Assembly: GCA_028711065.1 (NCBI GenBank)
Contig: JAQTSY010000001.1
Coordinates: 86,610 to 150,609, forward strand
Reading direction: 5' to 3'
Origin: Minisyncoccota bacterium
GTDB lineage: Bacteria; Patescibacteriota; Minisyncoccia; Phycocordibacterales; JAQTLZ01
Length of the DNA: 64,000 bases
The position numbers were made by a program, and so were the translations under genes. Shown piece after piece: positions 54,927 through 64,000 of this stretch (its first letter is position 1; the number at the start of each line of letters is the position of its first letter). A model generated the notes under the pieces. That model had not been told where the DNA came from and searched no databases. It saw nothing but the letters and a program-made list of their open reading frames with translations.

Positions 54927-57187
54927 ATGCCGCGTTTTATTTTTCGTACCGTTTCGACAACAAAATTGATCCAATATCTCGGGCTTAAAACATAATCCTG
55001 TGCAGGAACATACTTTCCTTCTCCACCGCCGAAACCGCGCTTAAATTGTGACAACCCGTACCACGGATGTTTTTTATCATCTTCAGAAACAATTCCCCAA
55101 AAATTATACGAATCACATCCGCGTTTTTTCGCTTCTTTTATCGCCTCCCATTGCAAAAGCTCCGATGCGGAAATAGAAGGGAAGGGGGTATTTGAAGCTC
55201 CGTGGTGATAAAATCCTGAATTCGAAGTATAGATGATAAATGCCGTTGAAATATATTGGCCTTTGTATTTTCCAAACCACAAAAGCGCCTGATTATTTTC
55301 TAGAAATGTTTTAAATTCATTCTCTAAATATTTTCTTGAAAACGGCGTAAAATTTTGCCGCTTCACCGTGTCCATATAAATTGACCAGAATTTTTCAAAA
55401 TCCTCCATTGATTTTGATGATTCAATCTCGACGCCATCTTTAATAGCCTTACGGACCGCATAACGAGTATTTTTCCTCATTCCAGTTTGAATTTCCTCCT
55501 CTGTTTTCGAAAGAGAGAGAACAGAGGTGTGTTCACTGTGGAGATGAATCGGAGCTTTTTTAAATCCTAGTTCAGTAAAAATTTTAGAATGAGCAGGGGA
55601 GTCCGCGAGTATACTACTGACCCGGATAAAGTGACAATTCTCCTTTCTACCAATCGCGACTGATTCATCTTTCAAGAGTTCGAGAATTTCTGAAGTTTTT
55701 CCCGAGTATGCGGGATCAATCGCTGGACTATGATGCCAAGCAAGAAAAGTCCCCCGGCGAGCGACAATTTTTGTAACACTCGAGGCCGCGACAAGCTTCC
55801 CTTCGTCATACACACCTAGTCTCCAAAGTTTATTTCCCATTTTCTTTTCAAACTCTCCCCAATTCCAAGAAATAAGAAAAGTTGCTGGTTTAACCCGCAT
55901 GAGAAATGACTCGAGCTCTTCTTTTGAATTAATTTCCCTTACTTGCATGAAAGAATCTTTTATTGCATTTGCGATTTTTTTCGCGTCCTGCACCGATATC
56001 TGGATACTAGTCGGCAAATTTATCGATTTTTCTGAAAGTTCTTTCGCGCGAGGATTCTCGGAGAGCGCAAATTGAATTTTTTCATACTGAACTCCTTCTG
56101 GGGCTATCGCGTCCGTATACCAATTACCAAGGCGCACTCCTCGCGTCTTCAAAAACAATGCGAGCTTTGATGGCAGATCGATAAGAATTGTGTAGCGGAG
56201 ATAGATGCTCTTTCTTATTTCATCTTTCACTTTGAGAGGCTTCACGATTCGAGAAATCGAAGCGAGTTCCCGTTCATATACTTCTGCTATCTGGCGGCGA
56301 TGCTCATTAAATGCAGAAAGCTTCGCGAATTGATGAAGTGCAACAAAAGCCAAAATATCTGACATTTTATGAAAGACGAAGCTTGGTTTGCCCCCGGAAA
56401 GTTCTGCCTTCTCAACTGCTTTTGAAAAAAATCCTAGGCGCTTGCAAATTTCGATGAAAATCTTGCCGATATTTGCTACTGAATAAAGAGGTTTTCCCAA
56501 AGCAAAGATGATTGGATGATTGAGTTGTTTCTTCACCCAACCCCATTTTGATTCAGAATATGATGCGTAGAGCGTCCGGACATCGTTTGCGATTCGCGCG
56601 TCTTTCACTAACAGTACACCTCCGAAGACCGAAGAAAGAACTTTATCCCGCCCGAAACTAAAGAAACTCGCATCGCCGAAACTTCCAACCTTTTTACCTT
56701 TATATTCTGCACCAAGCGCATGCGCGCAGTCTTCAATGACAAAAAGATTATGTCTTCGGGCGATAAGAAGCAACTCCTCCAGATGTGCCGGCGTGCCGAA
56801 TGTATGCTGGATGATGAGTACCCTGGCTTTCGAAGTAATTTTTTTCTCGAGATCTTCAGGATTCATCGTAAAGTCATCCAAACTATCGACATAAATAGGC
56901 TTCGCACCCACCCAAAGTATCGGCCCCGGCACTGCAACGCAGGTATAAGCTTGCAAAAGAACCTCATCAGTTGAGGAAAGATTCAGCGCGGATAAAATTG
57001 CAAAAAGAGATGTTCGCCCGCTATCAAAAGCAAAAGCATGGGGAAGGGGAATATAGGTCGAAATCGCATGCTCAAGGCGAGCTCTGGAACCGAGGGTCTT
57101 ATTCCTCGTCCACGGAAAAAATCGCAAACGAATTGCGAGGGAAATATCGTCACGCTCTGTGTTTGGCGAAAGGCTCGTAAAAATCAT
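54923..57187 (-). CDS. DegT/DnrJ-type PLP aminotransferase fused to a FemABX peptidyltransferase
   Basis: N half: DSGR, QHTFG, IEDCAH, SFGRDK. C half (from MQVREI): FL.SW.WG, MRKNTRY.VRKA, LQWEAI..AK, YNFWG, G...FK.GFGG. Confidence 0.9.
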   Translation of the reverse strand: MIFTSLSPNTERDDISLAIRLRFFPWTRNKTLGSRARLEHAISTYIPLPHAFAFDSGRTSLFAILSALNLSSTDEVLLQAYTCVAVPGPILWVGAKPIYVDSLDDFTMNPEDLEKKITSKARVLIIQHTFGTPAHLEELLLIARRHNLFVIEDCAHALGAEYKGKKVGSFGDASFFSFGRDKVLSSVFGGVLLVKDARIANDVRTLYASYSESKWGWVKKQLNHPIIFALGKPLYSVANIGKIFIEICKRLGFFSKAVEKAELSGGKPSFVFHKMSDILAFVALHQFAKLSAFNEHRRQIAEVYERELASISRIVKPLKVKDEIRKSIYLRYTILIDLPSKLALFLKTRGVRLGNWYTDAIAPEGVQYEKIQFALSENPRAKELSEKSINLPTSIQISVQDAKKIANAIKDSFMQVREINSKEELESFLMRVKPATFLISWNWGEFEKKMGNKLWRLGVYDEGKLVAASSVTKIVARRGTFLAWHHSPAIDPAYSGKTSEILELLKDESVAIGRKENCHFIRVSSILADSPAHSKIFTELGFKKAPIHLHSEHTSVLSLSKTEEEIQTGMRKNTRYAVRKAIKDGVEIESSKSMEDFEKFWSIYMDTVKRQNFTPFSRKYLENEFKTFLENNQALLWFGKYKGQYISTAFIIYTSNSGFYHHGASNTPFPSISASELLQWEAIKEAKKRGCDSYNFWGIVSEDDKKHPWYGLSQFKRGFGGGEGKYVPAQDYVLSPRYWINFVVETVRKIKRGI

Positions 57188-57343
57188 AACAGTAGTACTA
57201 GAATATCATATTCCAAATTTTCTTTTTTGATTGAGAGGGAAGGGCCTCCTCTGGCTTCATGTCGCACAAGATACATTGTGCGACGTATAGGTACCTCTAG
57301 AAAGGACTCTCCCCTAAAGTTATCCACACCACTAATTCGAACG

Positions 57344-57377
57344 ACAAAGGCCGACCTTTTAAAAGGTCGGCCTTTGT
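57344..57377. repeat. Perfect 34-bp palindrome (terminator of the SLT-like gene)
   Basis: ACAAAGGCCGACCTTTT|AAAAGGTCGGCCTTTGT. Confidence 0.8.
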
Positions 57378-57381
57378 ATTT

Positions 57382-57807
57382 TTATTTCATCGCAAGATAT
57401 GCCGCAGACTTACTCCAACAAGGCTTTGATGCACTCCATGGTGCAGTCCCTTCCTTTTCGTAGAGCACCTTTGCGTACGCGATGTTGCCATCAAGCGTAT
57501 AAAGGTCGAGTCCGAGCTTTTCTGCTTGTTCTGCGTGGTAACCTTCATTGATCTGCATAAGACCAACGTCGTGTTTGTTTACCTCGCCGCGAATGATCTT
57601 TCCATCGGTACCAAACTGTCGAAATTGCGATTCACATCGGGCAACTTCAGCCAAGATCGGAGTATCCTTGAAAACTTCACGAACGTGAGCTTCAAGAGTA
57701 ACCGGCTGATCAACTACAGTACTTGTAAGATTGAGATCAGGAGATACTCCAGGATTTATCGCGCTCACAAGCATCATCATTCCAATACCAGTTGTAAGTC
57801 CTAACAT
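57382..57807 (-). CDS. Small secreted lytic transglycosylase (SLT-like)
   Basis: VARCESQF (catalytic Glu), GLMQIN, GNIAYA..LY, PW.AS..CW. Confidence 0.8.
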   Translation of the reverse strand: MLGLTTGIGMMMLVSAINPGVSPDLNLTSTVVDQPVTLEAHVREVFKDTPILAEVARCESQFRQFGTDGKIIRGEVNKHDVGLMQINEGYHAEQAEKLGLDLYTLDGNIAYAKVLYEKEGTAPWSASKPCWSKSAAYLAMK

Positions 57808-58103
57808 AATTTTTTTTATTAAAATATCGGCCGTTAAGCCTTTATTTTTAATCCGACCCAGAAGATAGTGCTGACTGATAACTGCATCTTCCTGCCCTTA
57901 AAAGAAAAAATCAGATTGCGTCTGATTTCCTATATACTAACATATTTGATACCCTCCTGTCAAGGGTTAGACAAGGTTTTTCCTCCCCTGTCAACTCAAT
58001 TAAATGGCTCTAAATATAGCTTAAAATGAAAAAAGAGGCCTCTTTTGTTAGACCATAAGTATGACCCTTTTGGCTAGTTGCCGGCCATCCGAGGCCTTTT
58101 TCT

Positions 58104-58691
58104 CTAAATCCAGGGAATTTTGAAGTTTTTGTACTCCGGAAAGAGCGATTTTTCGTAAAAAAGCCTCGAAAACACTTCGGCTTCAAGTTTGGCACCGTTT
58201 ATAGCAACATGTGGCTTCCCTTCTTCAGGCATGCCGACATACACGAGTATGGCGTCCAAATTAAGCGCAGAGCGGTTCTTTTCCATCGGTGGCTCAATCC
58301 CCTTTCTTTTCATATGGAAATAGCATATCGAATGAAGGTCTATCGTCCTGTGGGTCAAAGGCCAATTCAAATGATAACGCTCTACTGTAGCTTTCAAGAA
58401 ATCCCTATCGAAAGAGGGGTTTTGCCCTGCCGTCGTGTGATCAGAACTTTTCAAAGCCCAAGCAAGAAAATGCTCGACGATCTCTTTATCAGTTTGTTTC
58501 TTGCTATCCCCTGCCCCCTCCTTGGTGTAGCCGTTAATTTTCAGAGATTCTTCAGAAATATGGGCGCCCTCAAAGACTCGGCACTCCTCATAAAATTGTC
58601 GGCTTGGATCAAGAAAATCAACCGCTCCGATAGAAAGAATAGAGTTTTTAATTGGATCAACACCCGATGTTTCGATATCTACAACGATCAT
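58104..58691 (-). CDS. DEDD-family 3'-5' exonuclease
   Basis: VVDIETSG, GQN.SFD..FL, RTIDL, H.A..GA. Start at ATG 58691. Confidence 0.88.
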   Translation of the reverse strand: MIVVDIETSGVDPIKNSILSIGAVDFLDPSRQFYEECRVFEGAHISEESLKINGYTKEGAGDSKKQTDKEIVEHFLAWALKSSDHTTAGQNPSFDRDFLKATVERYHLNWPLTHRTIDLHSICYFHMKRKGIEPPMEKNRSALNLDAILVYVGMPEEGKPHVAINGAKLEAEVFSRLFYEKSLFPEYKNFKIPWI

Positions 58692-58696
58692 AGAAA

Positions 58697-59071
58697 TTAA
58701 GGGGTCTGGCATCCCGGGCCAATATGGAGACCGAAGGCTTCGGCTTCTTTTGCTGATGGGAAAGTTATTTTATTTTTTTCTGTAATTCTTTTTGCTCCGC
58801 TGCAAGTCGGGTAGTAATAAGAAGTGCCGGTTTTTGATGCCAAAACCATAGAAGCAGAGAGCCCACTTCCCTGCCCCTCTGCCACGACTTCGCTGGTTGA
58901 ACTTGCAAAATTTTCTATTCGAATTGGTGTCTTCTCCCCTTCGGAAACAGAGAGACGACCGAGTCCGAATGAAGCCGAACCGACCAAAATGATGAGAATT
59001 ACTACAAAAATCCGCTCTTTTGCCGAAGAATCGAGGGTCTTGATTTTTAGAGGAATATCATTTATACTCAT
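58697..59071 (-). CDS. Membrane-anchored protein with an Ada metal-binding-like C-terminal domain
   Basis: TM ending SFGLGRLS; ASKTG..YY.P.C..AKRI...N...F.S..EAEA.G. Confidence 0.7.
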   Translation of the reverse strand: MSINDIPLKIKTLDSSAKERIFVVILIILVGSASFGLGRLSVSEGEKTPIRIENFASSTSEVVAEGQGSGLSASMVLASKTGTSYYYPTCSGAKRITEKNKITFPSAKEAEAFGLHIGPGCQTP

Positions 59072-59093
59072 TGAACTTAATTATAGCAATATT

Positions 59094-59366
59094 ATGGCAC
59101 ACACCAAGGCGGGCGGAACAGCTCGCAACCTGACAGATTCAAACGCAAAATATCTCGGTATTAAGCTTTACGGAGGAGAGAAAGCGAAACCGGGGAGCAT
59201 CATCGTCCGACAAAGAGGAACGAAAATTTTGGCTGGCAAAAATGTAAAAATCGGATTGGATCACACTCTCTATGCAATCAAAGCGGGCCTCGTGAAGTAC
59301 GGAAATAAGAGACACATGAACTTCAACGGCAAAACTCAAGTAAAGAAGATTGTGAGTGTAAACTAA
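59094..59366 (+). CDS. rpmA: 50S ribosomal protein L27
   Basis: [30 protein letters not shown]. Confidence 0.97.
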   Translation: MAHTKAGGTARNLTDSNAKYLGIKLYGGEKAKPGSIIVRQRGTKILAGKNVKIGLDHTLYAIKAGLVKYGNKRHMNFNGKTQVKKIVSVN

Positions 59367-59404
59367 AACAAAAAAACCGGATGAGTCCGGTTTTTTTGTT
59401 TTAG
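59363..59404. terminator. Bidirectional terminator between rpmA and rplI
   Basis: CTAAAACAAAAAAACCGGA-TGAG-TCCGGTTTTTTTGTTTTAG. Confidence 0.85.
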
Positions 59405-59416
59405 TGTTTTTAGAAT

Positions 59417-59860
59417 TTAAGCCGGCTCTACGGAGAGCGCGAACACAGTATTTTTCTGCCCAGCCTTCACTTCAATCTTGTGTTCCCCTACTTCCTTAAT
59501 TGGCTTTTCGAGCGTAATAAAATCAGGAAGAATATCAATTTGGGATTGTGCCTTTACCGCCTTTGCAATTTCTTCTTTATGAATTTGTGCGAAAAGATGG
59601 CCTTTTTCGTTTGCTTTTTCCTTGATAACGATCTTCAAAGCTCCAACCGCCTTCAAATTCTTCTCCAAAAGATTTTCTTGGATTTTCTTATCTTCCACAT
59701 CTCGCATCTTTAAAACCTCAACCTTTTTGAGGCTTCCAGGCGTTGCTACCTCCCCTATCCCCTGCGGAATGAGATGATTCAAAGCGTGCCCGTCAGAGAC
59801 GTCTTTTATGTCGTATTTCTTGCCTATATTCTTTGCGTCTTTCAATAATATGATCTTCAT
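59417..59860 (-). CDS. rplI: 50S ribosomal protein L9
   Basis: MKIILLKD..N.GK..D..DV.DG.A.N.LIP.G; G.LF; PIKE.G. Confidence 0.95.
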   Translation of the reverse strand: MKIILLKDAKNIGKKYDIKDVSDGHALNHLIPQGIGEVATPGSLKKVEVLKMRDVEDKKIQENLLEKNLKAVGALKIVIKEKANEKGHLFAQIHKEEIAKAVKAQSQIDILPDFITLEKPIKEVGEHKIEVKAGQKNTVFALSVEPA

Positions 59861-59877
59861 AGACGGCTATCTTATAC

Positions 59878-61110
59878 CTATTCTTGCAATAATTCAACTG
59901 CTTTTTCTAATTGAACATCTTTCCCGCCTTCGGCCTGTTTTGAATCAGTTTTGACTTCCACATCAGGCTTTAATCCCTCTTGCGAGATCGAAATGCCATT
60001 CGGAGTGAGCCAACGAGCGATAGTGATCTTGAGAGATGTGTCTGGCGTGAGAGGAACAAGCTCCTGAACCGAGCCTTTACCGAACGTTTTTGTTCCAACA
60101 AGCTTTGCGACTCCATGCTCCGAAAGCGCGCCGGAAAGAATTTCTGCAGCTGAAGCAGATCCTCCATCAACAAGAATGATCATCTTCAAATCCTTTGTAA
60201 AAATATTGTACCCAGCGCTTCGATATGACTGCTCTGGCATACTTTTGCCAAAATCTTCCGTCACTACCACGTCGCCCTTCGGCAAAAACCAACTTGCCAT
60301 AGAAACCGCCGCTTCAAGATATCCTCCCGGATTTCCTCGAAGATCGAGAATGAGCTTATTGGTATGGGCATCAACAAATTCCTGGAGAGCGTTTTTGAAA
60401 AGTACTGGAGAATTTTCGGTAAAGCTATAAAGTTTGATGACAAAAACGCCATCGGGTCTTTTTTTGGTCTCGAGGGTTGGAATATTAATAACATCGCGGA
60501 CCATCGTAATTTCTATCGGCGTTTTCACTCCCTCGCGAACAAAAGTTACTTTAAGCGAAGTCCCCTTCTTGCCACGAATAAGCTGAACTGCGGCGTCAAC
60601 CGACAGGTCAGCAGTTGATTTGTCGCCAATTTTTACAATTCTATCCCCGGTTTTGACACCAGCACGGTATGCAGGCGTATCTTTAATAGCAGAGATAACA
60701 GTCAAAATTCCATCCTTGATGCCGATTTCCATTCCCACTCCTTCAAAATTTCCTGCGATTTCGCTCTTAAACATCGCCGCATCTTTCGGTGGGAAAAATA
60801 CAGTGTACGGATCGCCAAGAGATTGTGTGAGTCCTGCGATTGCTCCCCAAACCTTGTCTTGATCGGTGACTGGAGTGGTTGAAGTACCGTGAGTCGGCAC
60901 ATATTTGTCATTGAGAAGCACCCACGCTTTCCAAAATGGAGAAAAATCTACGCTAACCGGTTTTGCATCTTCTTTATTCGTAACTGTAGTGACTTTTTCA
61001 ATCGCTGGACGTTTATCGAGAGCAACATAATAGCCAGAGAAAAAAGAAGCGGCCAGAAGAAGAACCCCTCCAATAATCAAATATATTTTTTTGCCAGTGG
61101 GTGAATTCAT
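59878..61110 (-). CDS. S41 carboxy-terminal processing protease (CtpA-like)
   Basis: LGDPYT, PDZ GVG.E, DLRGNPGG, SASAAEI, TFGKGSVQ. Confidence 0.95.
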   Translation of the reverse strand: MNSPTGKKIYLIIGGVLLLAASFFSGYYVALDKRPAIEKVTTVTNKEDAKPVSVDFSPFWKAWVLLNDKYVPTHGTSTTPVTDQDKVWGAIAGLTQSLGDPYTVFFPPKDAAMFKSEIAGNFEGVGMEIGIKDGILTVISAIKDTPAYRAGVKTGDRIVKIGDKSTADLSVDAAVQLIRGKKGTSLKVTFVREGVKTPIEITMVRDVINIPTLETKKRPDGVFVIKLYSFTENSPVLFKNALQEFVDAHTNKLILDLRGNPGGYLEAAVSMASWFLPKGDVVVTEDFGKSMPEQSYRSAGYNIFTKDLKMIILVDGGSASAAEILSGALSEHGVAKLVGTKTFGKGSVQELVPLTPDTSLKITIARWLTPNGISISQEGLKPDVEVKTDSKQAEGGKDVQLEKAVELLQE

Positions 61111-61204
61111 TCTCTTTATGAAAAGAAGCCGGAAGCTCCCGGCAACTCTTACTTACGTTTCATTATCTCAAATAGAAACTCCTCCGGCAAGAGAGAAGAT
61201 TTCC

Positions 61205-61238
61205 CCCGGCGCCAACTTTTGAAAAAGTTGGCGCCGGG
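61205..61238. repeat. 34-bp palindrome abutting the corA -10 box
   Basis: CCCGGCGCCAACTTTT-GA-AAAAGTTGGCGCCGGG, then TATACT at 61240-61245. Confidence 0.75.
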
Positions 61239-61252
61239 TTATACTAATTCAT

Positions 61253-62167
61253 ATGAGAAACACATACACATACGACAATGTAACCTGGATCGATCTCGAA
61301 AGGCCGACAAGAGAAGAAATTGTAGAGATCACAAAAACGTACGACATCCATCCTTTTATCGAAAAAGAACTTTCCAGCACATCTCTTAAGCCAAAAGTAG
61401 AATCCTACGATAATTCTCTCTACACCATTCTCCACTTCCCTGCCTTGAAACACGGTCATCCGCAAGAAGAGGCGCAGGAAGTTGATTTCATCATCGGCAA
61501 GGATTTTATTATTACCGTCCGTTACGACAGCGTAGACGCACTCGCTGATTTCGCAAAAGCGTTTGAAGCAAAATCCATCACGGACAAAAAATTCAAAATT
61601 ATCGAGCCGGGCGCTATCTTTATACAAATGATATTGCGTCTCTACCGAGCGGTGGATGAAGAGATTGATATTTTGAACGGCTCTCTCGAACATATCAAAA
61701 AACAAATTTTCAATGAGAAGGAGAGAGATATGGTGATTGCGATATCTCACGCAGACAGAGGACTTTTAAATCTCGAGAAAGGGCTTCTCTTCCACGAAGA
61801 AATCCTTGAATCATTGGGGCGTACCGGCGAGCATTATATGGGAAAGGATTTTATCGTAAGCCTGCATAGCGTCCGGGAAATGCAAAGAAATATCAAGCGC
61901 TCGCTTGAACAGACTGGGCGCTATTTGGGAGAGCTCCGGAAGACAAACGATTCCCTGCTCTCGTTGAAACAAAACGAGATTATGCGGGTCTTTACTGTTA
62001 TGGCATTTATAATCTTTCCGCTTTCGCTTCTCACGGATATTCTGACTATTCAGAGTCCCTCTAATCCATTGTACGGAATCCAAAATGATTTCTGGATTAT
62101 TACCGGAATTGTCGTTTTTGTAGGACTTTTTATGTATCTCTTTTTCAAAGGCAAACGCTGGCTCTAG
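61253..62167 (+). CDS. CorA-family divalent cation transporter (GMN motif absent)
   Basis: WIDL..PT.EE, HP, PKVE.Y, KQNEIMRVFTV, two C-terminal TM helices, F..KRWL. Confidence 0.85.
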   Translation: MRNTYTYDNVTWIDLERPTREEIVEITKTYDIHPFIEKELSSTSLKPKVESYDNSLYTILHFPALKHGHPQEEAQEVDFIIGKDFIITVRYDSVDALADFAKAFEAKSITDKKFKIIEPGAIFIQMILRLYRAVDEEIDILNGSLEHIKKQIFNEKERDMVIAISHADRGLLNLEKGLLFHEEILESLGRTGEHYMGKDFIVSLHSVREMQRNIKRSLEQTGRYLGELRKTNDSLLSLKQNEIMRVFTVMAFIIFPLSLLTDILTIQSPSNPLYGIQNDFWIITGIVVFVGLFMYLFFKGKRWL

Positions 62168-62231
62168 GGCAGCTATAAGTCGAGTAGCCTGTTAGCTTGT
62201 AGCTTCAATACAGAAAAAACACAAACTCAAA

Positions 62232-63608
62232 ATGCAATCGCTCAAACTCTTCGATACCCTCTCTGGCGAGAAAAAAGAATTCACTCCCCTCTCGGCGCCC
62301 GAGGTGACTATGTATAATTGTGGGCCCACAGTCTACAACTATCTTCATATTGGAAATTTACGGACATTTGTCACGAATGATATTTTGCGTCGAACGCTTG
62401 AATGGAATAAGTACAAAGTAAAACAGGTGATGAACATCACGGATGTAGATGACAAAACCATTCGCGGAGCGCAAGCAGAAAAAGAGTCACTCGCTGATTT
62501 TACAAAAAAGTATGAAGGATTTTTTCTTGAGGATATAAAGGCATTGAACATAGAAATGCCGTGGAATATGCCACACGCGACTGAATACATAACACAAATC
62601 ATTTCTCTTATCGAAAAACTTATCGCGAGTGGAGCGGGATACAAAACAGATGATGGCATTTATTTCGATGTGACCAAAGCCAAAAATTATGGCGCACTTT
62701 CTCGCCTCGAAAAACGCACTGAAACAAAAAGCAGAATTGCGAAAGATGAGTATGACAAAGAAAACCCGAGCGACTTCGCCCTCTGGAAATTTCATAAAGA
62801 AGAAGATGGAGATGTAAAATGGCCGGCGTCCTTCGGGGAGGGCCGTCCCGGCTGGCACATCGAGTGTTCTGCAATGTCCCAAGCGCTCCTCGGAGACACC
62901 ATCGACATCCACACAGGAGGAATTGATTTGATTTTCCCCCACCACACCAACGAAATCGCTCAATCAGAAACAGCGACAGGAAAGCATCCATTTGTAAGAT
63001 ACTGGCTTCATGGAGCATTCTTGAATGTCGCAGAGGGAAAAATGGCAAAATCGGCCGGCAACTTTATCCGTCTTCGAGATTTGAAAGAAAAAGGTATTCA
63101 TCCCCTTTCCTATCGATACTGGCTTCTAAGAGCACACTACCGTACACCTGTCACCTTTAGCTGGGAAGTACTTCAGGGGGCCCAAACCGGATTTGAAAAT
63201 GTCGTTAGAAAAATCGCCGATTTGAAATCAAAAAGTAATTCAGCAGGAAGTGTGATTCCGAATTTTTTTCATTTTGATGAAATAATCAATGATGACCTCG
63301 ATACACCCCTTGGATTAGGCATACTCCACGGTCTCCTTGTGAATGAATCATATACTCCGGCGGATAGGGTTGCAACAGCTCTTTCAATGGACAAAATTTT
63401 TGGCCTTAATCTTAGCGAATTAAGTGAAGAAATAGTAAAAATTCCAAAAGAAATTTTAGCACTCAATGAGCAACGAGAAATTGCCCGAAAAGAAAAAGAT
63501 TGGAAAAAGTCAGACGAGTTAAGAGCGGAAATTGAAAAGCTCGGCTATAAAGTGCTCGATGGAGCAAAAGAAACTACTATTGAAAGAAACTTGTCTTCGC
63601 TTGTATAA
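62232..63608 (+). CDS. cysS: Cysteine--tRNA ligase
   Basis: [39 protein letters not shown]. Confidence 0.98.
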   Translation: MQSLKLFDTLSGEKKEFTPLSAPEVTMYNCGPTVYNYLHIGNLRTFVTNDILRRTLEWNKYKVKQVMNITDVDDKTIRGAQAEKESLADFTKKYEGFFLEDIKALNIEMPWNMPHATEYITQIISLIEKLIASGAGYKTDDGIYFDVTKAKNYGALSRLEKRTETKSRIAKDEYDKENPSDFALWKFHKEEDGDVKWPASFGEGRPGWHIECSAMSQALLGDTIDIHTGGIDLIFPHHTNEIAQSETATGKHPFVRYWLHGAFLNVAEGKMAKSAGNFIRLRDLKEKGIHPLSYRYWLLRAHYRTPVTFSWEVLQGAQTGFENVVRKIADLKSKSNSAGSVIPNFFHFDEIINDDLDTPLGLGILHGLLVNESYTPADRVATALSMDKIFGLNLSELSEEIVKIPKEILALNEQREIARKEKDWKKSDELRAEIEKLGYKVLDGAKETTIERNLSSLV

Positions 63609-63638
63609 ATAAAAACACGACCAATCTCTTGGTCGTGC
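63609..63638 (-). terminator. Terminator for the - strand gene converging on cysS
   Basis: - strand CACGACCA-AGAGAT-TGGTCGTG-TTTTTAT. Confidence 0.7.
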
Positions 63639-63668
63639 ACTGCACTATCCTCCTTCCATGCCAATGAA

Positions 63669-63998
63669 TCAGATGAGTCCGAGCTGGCGGGCCAAGCTCT
63701 TCGGGAGCGAAATGCCAATGCCGGAACCGAAAAGCGAGCCGGGGGCCGCGGGCATCTCATCTTCTGTCTTGTTGCGCCAGCCAATCTGCCAGCCCTTGTA
63801 AACGCCGATCTCCGGCTTCGTGGCGACGACCGGATACTGCACCCGGATGGATTCCCACATCACGGTGTTGATGGTATCGTGCTCCACCGACAGCCGATTA
63901 ATGGCGTCAATCTCGTCCTGGTGACTGCCCATGACTGCGTTGAAATCAAGACCCTTGCCGGCTGCGATCGCGTCGGCGGCCTCGTGCGCCACTTTCGC
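63669..63998 (-). CDS. Hypothetical protein, 5'-partial, GC-rich
   Basis: Frame open to the window end; followed by a terminator. Confidence 0.55.
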   Translation of the reverse strand, partial: AKVAHEAADAIAAGKGLDFNAVMGSHQDEIDAINRLSVEHDTINTVMWESIRVQYPVVATKPEIGVYKGWQIGWRNKTEDEMPAAPGSLFGSGIGISLPKSLARQLGLI

Positions 63999-64000
63999 TT

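Noticed and set aside
57320-57328. DnaA box TTATCCACA (also TTATGCACA on the - strand near 30349-30357) as oriC
   Set aside because: Isolated boxes with no cluster, no unwinding element and no dnaA/dnaN nearby.
57808-57940. c-di-AMP (ydaO) riboswitch before the SLT-like gene
   Set aside because: The conserved ydaO sequence blocks are not present.
58824-59093. N-terminal extension on L27
   Set aside because: Antisense to the 58697-59071 gene; the canonical MAHTK start is at 59094.
1-64000. Alternative genetic code (TGA read as Gly, code 25)
   Set aside because: Conserved genes (proC, hisE, scpA, murG) end at TGA at the expected length, and no conserved ORF is interrupted by TGA.
1-64000. 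CRISPR array, rRNA, prophage or transposase
   Set aside because: No regularly spaced direct repeats with unique spacers, no rRNA-like tract, and no recognisable phage structural, integrase or transposase ORF.

Overview
A 64 kb chromosomal segment, most likely from a Patescibacteria (CPR) bacterium, probably Parcubacteria. Support: shortened AlaRS/AspRS/L13, CPR-type hypothetical proteins, L9 present, and standard code 11 with TGA as stop. The backbone is housekeeping: mltG, mnmA, alaS, infA-rpmJ-rpsMKD-rpoA-rplQ-rplM-rpsI, grpE-dnaK-dnaJ, trpS, aspS, scpAB, mraY-ftsW-murG, gltX, rpmA, rplI, ctpA, corA and cysS. Most backbone genes look leaderless (a -10 box 6-9 nt before ATG, no SD). Interspersed accessory genes instead carry near-consensus TTGACA promoters and strong SD sequences. 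The window has unusually many amino-acid genes and controls for a CPR genome: tRNA-Pro/proS/proC/proA/proB, trpBA, an orphan hisE behind a His-His leader-peptide attenuator, a tandem-duplicated HisI-like protein, and two T-box riboswitches. One T-box has an ultrashort Stem I with an Asp specifier and a transcription terminator, upstream of aspS. The strongest candidate for a new system is a six-gene cluster: arginine decarboxylase, EamA transporter, DUF2156 transferase-like protein, stand-alone polytopic membrane protein, small protein, and soluble GAF histidine kinase. It resembles a synthesise-export-sense signalling circuit. No CRISPR array, rRNA, transposase or prophage was seen. All calls come from motif recognition by eye; no searches were run.
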